A stretch of DNA of 64,000 nt from Chiloscyllium plagiosum. Its lineage: Eukaryota. A program made the position numbers and the translations under genes. Below are positions 37,372 through 50,100 of this stretch, piece by piece. The stretch spans positions 14,359,937 through 14,423,936 of the forward strand of contig NC_057753.1 of assembly GCF_004010195.1 (NCBI RefSeq). Direction: 5' to 3'. Position 1 is the first letter of the stretch; the number at the start of each line of letters is the position of its first letter. Under the pieces are notes generated by a model. The model saw only the letters and a program-made list of their open reading frames with translations, searched no databases and was not told the origin of the DNA.

Positions 37372-39399
37372 TTTCGCTGCCACTTCTGTAACAATATTTG
37401 AAGATACCCATTTTGAAACACCAACCGTAAATGTTGTCGTCTCCCTGGATGTTTCGACCTCATTAAATGAATAAATGATTTGTAGTCACATGTATTTCGG
37501 CCAATGTGGTACAAGAAATGTTTGCCTTGTGTCAGCAGTGATTCTGAGAGTGCAGGAGGAGTGCCGAATCTCAGTAAGTTGAAAGACCCCGAACTTTGTT
37601 ACAATTACTCACCATAAAACTGAGGATCAAGCACTCTGATGGACTGACTTCGATCCATGAGAAGCAATTCGTCAGATTCCTGGTGCCCTTAATTTCAAAG
37701 CTCTATCGCTTTCTGTCCCACATCCGCAAAATTTGCCAGTAGCCACTTAATGGATGGCATCAAATTACCCACGTACGCCATCTCCTGCATTTTCACTGAA
37801 CACATACTTCTTGTGGCACCATCAAAGCCAAACTCAATTTTTTCCAGCAGCATCTCGGATATTAATTCAGAAGTTGATGACTATTGTTTTGGGCGACAAA
37901 TTATCTGTAAGAATGACAATGGTTTTTCCATGTTTTTCCTATTTTAAACTTGATACAATACCACCTTCAGCTGGGAGATATCTGCCATTGCAGAGGTCGA
38001 ATGTCAAACTATTCAAGGATTCAGTCAGAGGGGGACCAGCAACACGCAGCAGCATTCAAACCTGATAGCAGCAATAATTCACACAATTACCGGGTGCAAT
38101 CTTAATGAGTGATATCTTAATGTCTATTTTGTCCTCTGTTTCTCTTTCCTCGCGTGCCTACAATGTTGAACAGCCCTTCCGCCATCTCCCACGTAATTTT
38201 TACTCTTGTCAAAAACGACATTTGTTTTAAAGGTTAGGCATGCTTAAAATTAGCTCGTGCACAAAGGATACTTGTCTTACAGTGGATAAAGTGCACAATG
38301 TGATGATACCTATCATTAAAATACGCAACAATTTAGATTCTCCTCTCTGTTGCTCTTCAGACTGTCCTTCCTTCTCCTGGAAAATATTCTTTAATTATTG
38401 ATTTGTTGGTGACAATTAACAGACCAGACATTCATCACAATACCTGACACAAATGTATAGATCGTTTCCCAATAAATCATCACTGACATAATACAAAATT
38501 AGACTATGTTATTGCAGGGCTGGATGACTACTGAGAAATGAGCGTGAACAAATATGCATTGTGTTCATCACCATGAGAATGAATTTTTGGTACTGAAGCG
38601 TGATGGTAATTTCCCATCCTTTCAGTTGGGATGTTCACATGCAATGAAAAGTCAGCAAGGTAGTGCAGAAACGTTATTCGCCCCATGCAAGGGCTGAGGA
38701 CAAAGCAGTCCTCTTAAAGATTGGCATAAAGATGTACACAATTAAATCTGAAATGAACAGAAATTTCTTCTCTCGAAGGGAAATTAGTCTGAGGAAATCT
38801 TTACCACAGACGTTGGGCTGCTAAGTAAGTTAAACGCTGAGCCAGACGACTGTATTAGCATTAGAGTGATCAGGCGTTCTTTGGAGAAAACAGGACAGTG
38901 AAGTTCATATTTATTTAACTTCACGCTTCGCTGGGATGAGTGGTTCACTATTACTTCTATGACGTACGTTGCTAATTCTTTACAATGACGATATAGAGAA
39001 CGACAGATGTTGAAACATCATAGTGGATGAAGAGTTGGATTGGAAAAAGCACAACAGGTCAAGCAACATCAGAGGAGAAGTGGATTCGACGTTTCAGGTC
39101 GGAATCTTTCATCAGGGCTGGGGGAGGGGAAGGGGCTGCGAAATAAATAGAGGGAGTGGGTGCGACTTGGAGTAGGTTGGTGGGATGCATGTAGAGGATG
39201 GCTGTGATTGTTCAGTGGGAAGGGTGAAGTGGATAGGGGGGAAGGAATATGGACAGGTAGGGTCAGGATAAAGGGCCGGGGTGCAGAGAGAGGACTGGTC
39301 TTGGTTTGAGGTAGGGGGTGGGGTGATTTGTAAGCTGGTCATTTTTATGTTCAGGCTTTACAACTGAAACAAAATGACAGAGTAGGCCTTTCTTTGTGT

Positions 39400-42090
39400 A
39401 TAGTCACGCAGTGACTTATTAATAACTGCAATAGCATAAAGAATAAGGGAAATGAGTTTGTATCAAACATCGAAATTGGCATGTATGACGTAGTGGACAT
39501 CACGAAGAGACTTCTGCTAGGAGATCAGGATTGGGAGCTGAATATTCAAGGATGTACATTCCATCGAAAAGGTAGGACGGTGGGCAGAGGGAGTGGATTT
39601 GCCTTATGAGTAAGAAACGAAATTAACTCAATGGTAAAAAAACAAGTAGGTTCAAATTGTTTAGAATCCGTGTGGGTAAAGTTCAGGACGAGCAGAGGTT
39701 TTTTTTTAAAAAAAGCCTTAGTCGGAGTTATGTGCTGGCCTCCAAGCCTAGTCAGGAGCTGGGACGCAAAATGCAGCCGGTGATAGAAAAGATGCTTCAG
39801 AAAGGCAAGGTTACAGTGATCATGGGGGATTTCAATATGCAGGTGGACTGAGAAAATGACAGTCGTGGTGGAGTGCAAGAAAAGGAATTTGTGGAATGTC
39901 CACAAGATGGCTTTTTGGAGCAGCTTGTGCGGGAGCTGATTAGGGAACACGCAATACTGGATTTAGTGTTGTGCAATGAAGCAGATCTCATAAAGGATCG
40001 TAAGGTAAAGGAAACCTCAGGAGGCAGTTATCATGATAAGACTGAATTTACTCTGGAATTTGAGAGGGATAACATAGAACCAAAGCGGTGTTATAGCTGA
40101 ATAAAGGCAACTGTAGAGGCATGAGGAAGGACCTGGGTAGAAATGATTGGCAGAGGAGTCTAGCAAGAAGGGCAGTGGAACATAATGGCAGGAGTTTCTG
40201 AAAGTAATTCAGTAGACACATCTGAGATTCATCCCGAGGATAAAGAACCCTGATTTATGGAGAAGGAAGCAACCATGGCTGACTGGAAGCCAGGGATATC
40301 ATAAAAGCATTGAGTAAGTATATAGTGTGGGGAAGGGCAGAGGGAAACCAAAGGCTTGGGAAGCCTACAACGACCAACAGAGAACAAAATCTAAAGAAAT
40401 AAGGAGGAAGCAGGTGAAATATGAGGGGAAGCTGGCCAGTGATATAAAGGAAGACTGTAAGTGTTTCTTTAAACACATAAAGGGCAACAGTGAACATTGG
40501 GTCATTGCAAAATGACGATAGAGAGATAGCAGTAAGGAACAAGGAGCTGGCTGAAGAACTGAATAATTACTTCGTGTCAGTCTTCACAGTGGAAGACTCG
40601 AGTAATATCCCTAACATTCAAGAGGGAGGGGCAGAGCTGAGAATGGTGTCCATCACCAAGGAGAATGTGCTAGAAAATCTGAACGGCCTAAGGTGGGTAA
40701 ATCACCTGGACCAGATAGACTGAACCCCAGAGTTCGAAGGGAAATATTTGAAGAGATAGTGGAGCCGTTGGTGGTGATCTTTCAGTATTCATAGAACATA
40801 GAAAGATACAGCACAGAACAGGCCCTTAGGCCCACGATGTTGTGCTGAAACTTAATCCTAATGTAAAATATAGTAACTTAACCTATGCAGCCCTCAACTC
40901 ACTGCTATCCATGTGCATGTCTGGCAGTCGCTGAAATGTTCCCAGTGACTTCGCTTCCACCACCTCAGCTGGCAACGCATTACATGCATTCACAACTCTC
41001 TGCGTAATCACTAGAATTGGGGAGGGTCCCATAAGAATGGCTGTCTGGAAGAAAGCAGAGAGTGGGGACAAAAGAATCCTTCTCAGGCTGGCAGCCAATG
41101 AGTAGTGATGTTCAACAAGGCTCAGTGTTGACACCACCACTTTTCACTTTTTACATTAATGATCCAGATGAAGGAATTGAGGGCATTCTAGCTACGTTTT
41201 CAGACGATACAAATGTAGGTAGAGGGACGGGGAGCATTGAGGAGTTGGGGAGGTTGCAGAAGAATTTGCACAGGTTAGGAGAGTGCCCAAAGAAATGGCA
41301 GATAGAGTAAAACGTGGGAAAGTGTGAAGTGATGCACTTTAGTAGGAAAATTGAAGCATGGATTGTTTTATAAATGGCGAGAAAATTCAGAAGTCTGAGG
41401 TGTAAAGAAACTTGGGAGCCGTCATCCAAGATTCTCTCAAGGAAAACTTATAGGTTGACTCAGTAGGTAGGAAGGCAAATGCAATGGTGGCATTTATTTT
41501 GCGATAACGTGAATAGAAAAGCAGAGATGTACTTCTGAGCCTCTATAAGGCTCTGGTCAGACCACATTTGAAGTGTTGAATTCATGTTTGGGCCCCATAT
41601 CATGGGAAGGATGTAATAGTCCTAAGTGTGTTCATGAAAATGATTCCATAAATGAAAAGTTTAACTTATAAGGAACATTTGATCATTCAGGGTATTTTTA
41701 TGCGATGGAGTTTAAAAGGATGTGAGGGGACCTAGTTGAAACACACAGAATACTGAATGGCCTGAACAAAGTAGTTATTGGGAAGATGTTTCAATTGGTA
41801 TGAGATGTTCGGAACCAAGGTCATAGTCTTCCAATAAAGGCAAGGCCATTTAAAACGGAGTTATTGAGAAACGACTTCGGCCAGAGACTGGTGCATCTAT
41901 GGAATTCATTGTCAAAGATGTCAATCATGGCTGATTGATGCACAAAAGCCTATCTATCTCTGTCCTTGATATACTCCGTAGACAGAGATAGATAGGCTTT
42001 TGTGTATCAATTTTCAGCTATGATTGAACAGTGGAGCAGACTCAATGGCCTTACTGGCCTAATTTCTGCTCCTATGTCTTGTGGTCTTAT
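39400..42090 (+). mobile_element. Decayed CR1 LINE (endonuclease and RT), with a minus-strand CR1 3' fragment nested at ~40791-41005
   Basis: VIMGDFN, AILDLVLCN and WQPMSSDVQQGSVL motifs; tail TATGTCTTGTGGTCTTATGGTCTT. Confidence 0.85.
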
Positions 42091-42130
42091 GGTCTTTTCG
42101 ATTTCTATTCATTCTTGTCCATTCGCGGTT

Positions 42131-42395
42131 GAGATTCGTCTACAGTCTCCTGGATATAGGCACGGCCTGTGTAGCTTTGTTATGGGCGTATCAGTCTTGA
42201 ACGTACTTACAGCACAGCCTCTTGCAAATAATTCCAGTTTCATTTTCCTCTGGATGCCTGCTTATCTTTCTTAAATGTGTGTGTTTATATTCTGAGATTA
42301 GGCATGCGACTCCAAGATACTCTCACAGGTTGAAACGACATTTCCTGATTTATTCAACTTTAGAGCAAGTTTTCATGACACATTTCTACAGCAGT
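42131..42395 (+). repeat. ~265-bp direct repeat, copy 1 (copy 2 at ~44259-44524)
   Basis: Near-identical text CTACAGTCTCC..GGCACGGCCTGTGTAGCTTTG...ACACATTTCTACAGCAG at both positions. Confidence 0.9.
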
Positions 42396-43575
42396 GATAC
42401 TTGAAGGTAGGCCTGCTGACTCAATTTCGGGATATTACCACAAGTCGCAAGATCCCTCCACGCAGTTTACCCCTCGATTGAAGAATTATTCATGTGGTGA
42501 TAAATAAAAATAATCATACGTGATCACACTCACCTCTATGCAAATCTTCAGACATGGAATAACATCGAGTAATTTTGTGTTGTATTCCAACTGTTCTAAT
42601 TGAAATGGTTCCAGAGGTTAGAGTCCAGTTTGGGAGATGTATGCCTGGCATGTTGATCATCAAAGCAAATCAAGCATGTAATCGGGTTTTCCAGCATGAA
42701 GGAGGCAGCTGAAGAGGCGTTGCGAAGAATTGAAATTTGATTCCGCTTTTTAAAGATCAGCTTGATTCCATAATGACATCTGTCGATTCTGTTCGAGGCA
42801 ACGTTCGTTCACAAAGTCACACTGAGCGAACATGACGTCATGACAAAATGTGGGCTATGATTTTACTAAACTGACATGGGGGTAGGGGAAAGAAATCACC
42901 CGAATTACTGGCATCTCAACAAAGAGAAGCAAAGAAGAAAGAGACCTTAAAATACCAACAGGGAATTCGTGAATTTCAACTGTTTATTCAAGTTGAGGGA
43001 AGAAAAGAATGTACACTGCAAGTTGATGCTGTTTTCTGTTTGAATGGTGCCAGCACTTGTTGCTCTCGCTCTAGCAAGGATGAGTTTCAAATTTCTCCTG
43101 GCATCCACCAGCAGATGTTAGAAATGCGTCACACTGAGTTGAAGGGAGTGAAACAGGGAAACAGACTATGAGAAACAGTGACATAATTTTCTTGAAAATC
43201 TCAGGAGGTCTGTCAGTATCTGTGAAGTGAAATCAGATATAATGTTAAGGGACGAGGGACCCATCCTCAGAACTGGTTTCTCTACGCAGACGTTTTCTCA
43301 AAATTAATGTTGAGAATCTGAAATTAACACATGGCAGGATAATGTCAACGATGTAAATGCATTTTTGTTTTAAAGAACACTAACAGGTTGACAAGCACAG
43401 GGACGCTAAAGGAACAGATTTTTAAAACAAAACACTGTGAATAAATGGAATTGTGAATATGGAATAAACGGTCAGTGTACCCATTGGGAAATACAATGTG
43501 TTTTCAGGGTGCTGGATGCTAATACCCTTATCTCCTGTCATCAATTCTCCCATGGGGTTTGATTCCATGCTGCAG

Positions 43576-43829
43576 AGCTCCTGCCGAAAGAGCTGATACC
43601 GCAGTCTCCTTTTGCAGTTATGGTCGTGAAAGTCTTCTCAATGACAATGAGCTGCAAATCTAACACTTTAATCAACTTGGTGAAGTGGTGTGATGGGAGC
43701 CGCAGCTTCTGATCTTCAGTAGCCTGACCAGGGAGGATGCAGGCCACTCTTCGCCAGGAAATGCAGCACTTTGACCATCAGAGACAATGAGTGAGAGGAT
43801 CCCGCCGTCGTCCTCTGCGTAGTCATCCT
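43576..43829 (+). pseudogene. Family-B V pseudogene B5
   Basis: Acceptor CTGCAG; LLPKELIPQSPFAVMVVKVFSMTMSCKSNTLINLVKW ... STLTIRDNE*EDPAVVLCVV; RSS-like CAGCACG-23nt-ACAGAAAAC at 43830-43868. Confidence 0.8.
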
Positions 43830-44154
43830 CAGCACGATACAAACCAATCAGCACCCAGAACAGAAAACACGTACAGACAGGAGCTGTACTGACAGCCTCA
43901 CCATCTCAGCAAAAACAACCTTACAGAAGACCAGCGGTAATTGAATGAAAATAAATGTTGAGGAGCTCCTATTTTCAATTTGAAAGTATCACATGAATCA
44001 TAATTCGTCAGAATTTAGAGTACATCGATTATCTAACCAACCTGTTCAGAGGTGTTGTGCACACCTTTAGACTAACTGAATCAATAAACTGGATCTTTTT
44101 GATCAAAAGGTCACTCCACATCAGTAACCACTAAGAATTCCAAGTGCAACTCAC

Positions 44155-44260
44155 CTGCGTTGAATTATTCAGGATAGTGAAGATTATCAATATTAAAAGT
44201 GCCTCCATCTTCACGTCCTTTTGACAGGAGTACAATACCGAAATCAACAATGGCTTTTGA
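44155..44260 (-). pseudogene. Orphan inverted family-B leader exon (44155-44214)
   Basis: Reads (VK)MEALLILIIFTILNNSTQ|GTGAGTTGCACT. Confidence 0.7.
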
Positions 44261-45041
44261 GATTATTCTACAGTCTCCAGGATAGAGGCACGGCCTGTGT
44301 AGCTTTGTTATGGGCGTATCAGACTTGAACGTACTTACAGCACAGCGTCTGTTGCAAATAATTCCAGTTTCATTTTCCTCTGGATGCCTGCTTATCTTTC
44401 TTAAATGTGTGTGTTTATATTCTGAGATTAGGCATTCGACTCCAAGATACTCTCATTGGTTGAAACGACATTTCCTGATTTATTCAACTTTAGAGCAAGT
44501 TTTCATTACACATTTCTACAGCAGGGGAGGCAGATCCGAGCAGGAAGTGCAGCGATTATACTTTCACCTTTACATAAAATGAAATGTAAATTATAAGGAC
44601 TTCTCACCCGCCATATTAGAAATACCGAATTAGAACAGTGGAGCGAGTAAAGAGAGTAATCACTGTGAAAATGCAGCTGAAAAGAGACTTCTTTCAATTG
44701 AAGATAAAGACACCATCATATACTTCTTCACATTTCGATTATGGTCTCTCCAATCATAATGAAGCTGGGTTCACTGGGGTGAATTCTCCTCACTCTCTAA
44801 CAGATCACACGAGGGTGTTGATTTGAACGGGAGTACTCAAATCTGAATCTGTTCTGTGTCTTTGTGAGCGCTCGGAGTCTTCAGTTTATTTTCCCTGCGG
44901 CTCTGGGAAATAACTGGGTGACAGTTTAATCCGAGGTTAATTTGGTTTCCTTCTTGATGTGAGTTTGAATATTTAACAGTACATTGTATCAGCCCTCCAT
45001 TTGCACAAACTCTAATAGAAAGCCAATCTATGATTCAAGGA

Positions 45042-45080
45042 AGTTTTTGTACAGGGGTGAGATTGCTTCTCATCACTGTG
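45042..45080 (-). other. 23-RSS of V7
   Basis: CACAGTG (45074-45080), 23-nt spacer, ACAAAAACT (45042-45050). Confidence 0.96.
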
Positions 45081-45536
45081 CTGTCCCAGAAAGCGCAGTA
45101 ATACATCGCAACGTCCGACAGCTGTAGCCTGGCGATAGTCAAACTGGTGAATTTCTTCGAGGTCTGAAGTTCCATAGAGAAACGATCTTGCACAAAATTT
45201 GCTTTATGATCGCTACCAGCAGTATTTTTCCAAAAAATAAATTCGGGCTGTGAGCTTTGATGCTGTCGGTACCAGAGCAATATATAGCTGCTCAATGTAG
45301 TATCATAGGTACAGGTTAGTGTCACCGCATCTCCTTCTGTCCGAACGTCTGAGGGGAGTGACTGGGTGACAGAATCTCCGCGACTCAGGTCTGAAAGGGA
45401 AAACAGATATCAAATGTAACCTGTCACGCTGCGCTCAGATAAAACTATGATTTAATTAATAAATGTGAAATGCATTTCCTCCATGTTTACCTGTTAGAAA
45501 TGCGACCCACACAAACCACATGGTCAATAGCCGCAT
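45081..45536 (-). CDS. TRAV/DV: TCR alpha/delta V segment V7 (family A), open frame; leader 45491-45536, V exon 45081-45390
   Basis: MRLLTMWFVWVAFLT-DLSRGDSVTQSLPSDVRTEGDAVTLTC...WYRQHQ...DVAMYYCAFWDS; GTAAAC donor, TTTCAG acceptor. Confidence 0.93.
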
Positions 45537-45615
45537 TGTCACTATCCTCTGTGCAGCAGGACACTCGGATGCTTAAAGGCACTCAGTCTATTAAATCTGC
45601 TCCCATGTAAAATGC

Positions 45616-45714
45616 TGACGTGTCTCTGAATGTTCGCGCATCACTGGCTTATGTGAATGGTGATGCTGTGTGGGTGGGAGGAAGAGAGCTGACTCTCAAA
45701 GAATTGACACATCC
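45616..45714 (-). promoter_or_regulatory. Conserved family-A V promoter motifs (CRE half-site TGACGT ~80 nt upstream of ATG; GAATTGACACATCC further upstream)
   Basis: TGACGT at 45616, 16362 and 23682, TGACAT at 33837; GAATT(G/T)A(C/A)ACATC at ~45701, 16431, 23768, 27920 and 33903. Confidence 0.5.
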
Positions 45715-47124
45715 TGAGATAGGCGAAAGTCACAGCATTGAAGGTTCTGACAGATTATGGTCTATCTTCGATAAGCTTTTCCCCAGAATCAGGGAATCGT
45801 TTACTCTCACAATTACTTTTCACTGCCCCATATCCTCAAATGACGCTAACTTTTGTTCTTAACATTTTGTGCGGGGGAGGAGATGGGCAAAAATACCCAC
45901 GCCACCCCTAGATTTCCGCTGTACATATTCTGACCCCCTTAACATACAAATCTTCAAGTGCCCTGCTTCTACATCACTGAAACCAATCTCAACCTTGCCC
46001 AACAGCATCTTTGTTAGCACTTTAGCTGAATTCACCCTTTATTCGCCTTCACTTGCTGCTTCTCAGCCCTTACGTTCAAGATTAACATTTTCTCCCTGTG
46101 TTAGTTCCTGGCATCATTCGTCACTCAGCTCAGTTTCACATTCTTAATCACCCTCTGCAGGTGTTTTCTGACTAACTGAAAACAGAGACCTCACACAGTA
46201 GGACCTGCTGTATATCTGAATAATTTTACAGTTGCTATCTTTGGTTCATGCACTGTGTGTCTGTGTCCATCTCTGTGTGTATGCATAAATGTGTGCGTGC
46301 GTGAAAGAGAGAGAGAGGGTTAGAGAAGGGCAGACAGCGAGAGGGTTTGTAAGATTGCTTGCCAAACTCTCTGGCAATCGGAGGTCCTTGCCAGGCCTTT
46401 GTTAGGGTCAAAGCCAACCTGCGTTGCACGTCAACATGCCTTGACGTGATGCCATGTCACTCTCTGCTGGCGGCTAGGAGTTACTACAACTGCGAACAGA
46501 GGTAGGGCAGCAACAGACATCATCATCCAATCTGATAGAAGCGTTATAGAGCATGCATAGATAAATAGGGTCAGTGTGGAAATGAGGGTAGTGGTCACTG
46601 AGAAAATTACAGAATGGCCAATGTGGGGATCACAAAGATGATCATTCTGGGAAAAAAAAACAGACATGTTTAAGATATTAATTACATACTCTCATTATCA
46701 AGTCCTCTTTGAAAATTATATACCTCAATTCAATCACGTGTCAATCTTGCAAACTCCAGAGCATACACCGCCAGGCTGTACACTCTTCCCATCTCTATCT
46801 CAGTCTTGTGCATAATTAGCACAAATGCTCTGTCATACATAATTTCACAGATTCTCCTCTACTTGAGAGAAGAAATATCTCTTCATTTCCATCTTCAATG
46901 TGTGACCTCTCATTCTGCGAGTGTGCCACTTCTCCGAGACTGTCCATCAGTGCAACAACCTTTCTGTACCCACTCTGTCAATTTTTCATTCCACGCATCG
47001 ACAGCATGCAAGAGTTGAGTGTGAGCCTGCTGACACCAATCGGGACACGACCACAAGGTCACAAGATCTCTCCATGATGTTTGCATCGAAATAGATGAAT
47101 TATGCTGACATTGATAAACAGATA

Positions 47125-50100
47125 GCATAGAACAGAGAGCAATACAGTGAAGATCATGCCCTTTCGCCCTCGATGTTTTGATAACCTGTGAACTAATGTA
47201 AGCCCATCCTCCGACACTATCCCATTATCATCTATGTACTAAACAAAGGATTGCTTAAATGCCCCAATGTGACTAGATAACTACATTGGCAGGCAGAGCA
47301 TTCCACATCCTTACCACTCTCTGAGTTGACAATCTGCCTCTGACATTTATCTTAAATATATCACCCCTCAATTTGTAGATATGCCTCCACATGCAAGCTG
47401 ACGTCATCATCCTAGGAAAAAGACGTTCACGGTCGATCCTATCTAATTTCTGATCACCTTGTATATCTCTATCAAATCCCCTCTTAGTCTTCTTCTCTGC
47501 AAAGAGAGCAGACCCAATCTCAGCCTTTCCTCATATGACCGTCTCTCCAGACCAAACAATATCCTGGTAAATCTCCTCAGCACCTTTTCCAATGCTTCGA
47601 CATCCTTCCTGTAATGGAGCGACCAGAACTGTACACAATATTCCAAGTGCGGCTGCACTAACATTATATATAGCTGCAGCATGACATTACGGTTCCAGAA
47701 CACAATCCCTCTCCCAATAAAAACAAACACATTGTATGCCATCTTAACAGCACTCTCAACCTGGGTGGCAGTTTTCATGGATCTATGTACATGACTCCAA
47801 GTTCCCTCTGCACATCAACACTACCAAAATTCTTGCCATGGATCCGGTATTGTGCCTTCCTGTTATTCTTCCCGAAGTGAATCACCTCACATTTGTCTGC
47901 ATTGAAATCCACTTGCCACCTCTCAGCACAATTCTGCAGTTGATCCAAGTCCCCTTGCAACCTGCAACATTCTTCCACACTGTCCACTTCTCCACCGACT
48001 TTAGTGTCATCTGCAAACTTACTTACCAATACACCTATACCTGCGTCCAACTCTTTATAAAAATGGCAAACAGCAATGGTCCCAAAACAGATCCTTGTGG
48101 CACACCACTAGTAACCGATCTCCAGACTGAAAATTTTCCATCAACCTCCACTCGCTGCCTTCTTACAGAAAGCCAGTTTCTAATCCAAACTGCAGAATCA
48201 AAATCAACTCCATGCTTCTGCATTTTCTCCAACAGCCTACCATATGGAACCTTATCAAAGGCTTGACTGAAGTCCATGTATACCACGTCAAATTTGTTAC
48301 CCTCATCCACATGGTTCCTCACTTTCTCAGAAAATTCAATGAGATTTGCGAGACATGACTGCCCTTGACGAAACCATGTTGCCTATCTGCAATCAAATTG
48401 TTGCTTGCTTGATGATTATAAATTATATCTCTTATCATCCTTTCCAAAACATTTCCTACAATAGACGGAAGTCTCACGGGTCTATAATTACCTGGGTCAT
48501 TTCTACTTCCCTTCTGGAACAAGGGCACAACATTTGAAATCCTCCAGTCTTCTGGTACTAAACCTCGAGACAATGACGAGACTCCATCATCACCTCCCAA
48601 ACTTCCCATAGAATCCTTGGATAAACTCATCCGGCCCAGAGGACTTGTGTAATTGTACCCCTTCTGGAATTGGTAACACCTCCTCCTGACTAATCTCGAT
48701 TCTAGTCTAAAACCTCTATCTCATTCTTCTCCTCTACAATATTCTCCTTTTCCTGAGTGAAGAAAATTGAGAAATATTCGTTTAGCCCCTCTCCCGATCT
48801 TTGCAGTGTCCACATACAGTTTCCCACTTCTGTCTTTGGCTGGCCCTATTCCCACTCTAGACATCCTTTTATTCCTCACTTACCTATAGAAAGCTTTAGG
48901 ATTCTCCTTTATTCTACCTGCTAAAGACTGCACATATGCTCTCCTCGCTCTTCTTAACTCTCTCTTTAAATCATTCCTAGCTAATTTGTAACTCTCCTTC
49001 GCCTCACCTGAAACATCTCGTCTCAACTTCACATTTGCCTCCTTCTCCCGCTTAAGAAGAGATGAAATTTCTTTAGTAACACACGGTTACCTTACATTAT
49101 GGCGTGCTTTCAGCCTGACAGGGACATACCAACTAAGGACACGCAATATATGTTCCTTAAACCAGCTCCACATTTCGATTGCCTCCATCTCATGCATTTT
49201 TCTACCCCATTCCATGCATTCTAAGTCTTGCCTAATCGCATTCTAATTGCCCTTCCCCCATCTCTAACTCTTGCCCTTTGGCATGTACTTATTCCTTTAC
49301 ATCGCTAAACTAAACATAACCGAATTATGGTCACGCTCTCTAAAGTGCTCACCTACCACTAAATCAAACTGCTGGCTTGGCTCATGATCAAATGTGCCCT
49401 TCCGTCTTGTCGGACCTTCCACATACTGTGTCAGGAAATCTTCCTGTACACATTGGAAAAAACTGATCCATCCGACGCACTAGATGTACGGCATTTCCAG
49501 TCAATGTTAGGGAAGTTAAACTCCCCCATAACGACTACCCTCTTCCTTTCATTCCTAACCAGAAAGTTTAGGCGATCCTCTCCTCTATATCCATGGAACT
49601 CTGCAGAGGTCTCTAAAAAAAACCCCGGCAGTGTGACCTCTCCTTTCCTGTTTCTAACCTCAGCCCATACCATCTCAGTAGACGTGACCTCGTCAAAAGT
49701 TCTTTCAGCCACTGCTATTCTGCCCTCGACTACATAGGCCACGCTTCCAACTCTTCTACCACCTTTCCTGTTCTAAATGAAAGATCTAAATCCTAGAAGC
49801 TGCAACATCCATTCCAGGCCCTGGCCTATTCATGTCTCCAAAATGGCCACAACAACGAAGTCCCAGGTATCTATCCATGCTGCAAACTCGCCTACCTTAT
49901 TTCGGACAATTCTGGCATTGAAGCAGACATACTTCAAACCAGCTTGCTGTCCGCCAGCACATTCGTGTGACTATGAAATCCTGTCCATACCCTCCCGACT
50001 CTCATCCTCCTGTGCACTGGAACTACTCCAACTGCGACTGCACTGACATTTTATATAGCTGCAGCATGACTTTACGGTTCCAGAACACAATCCCTCTACC

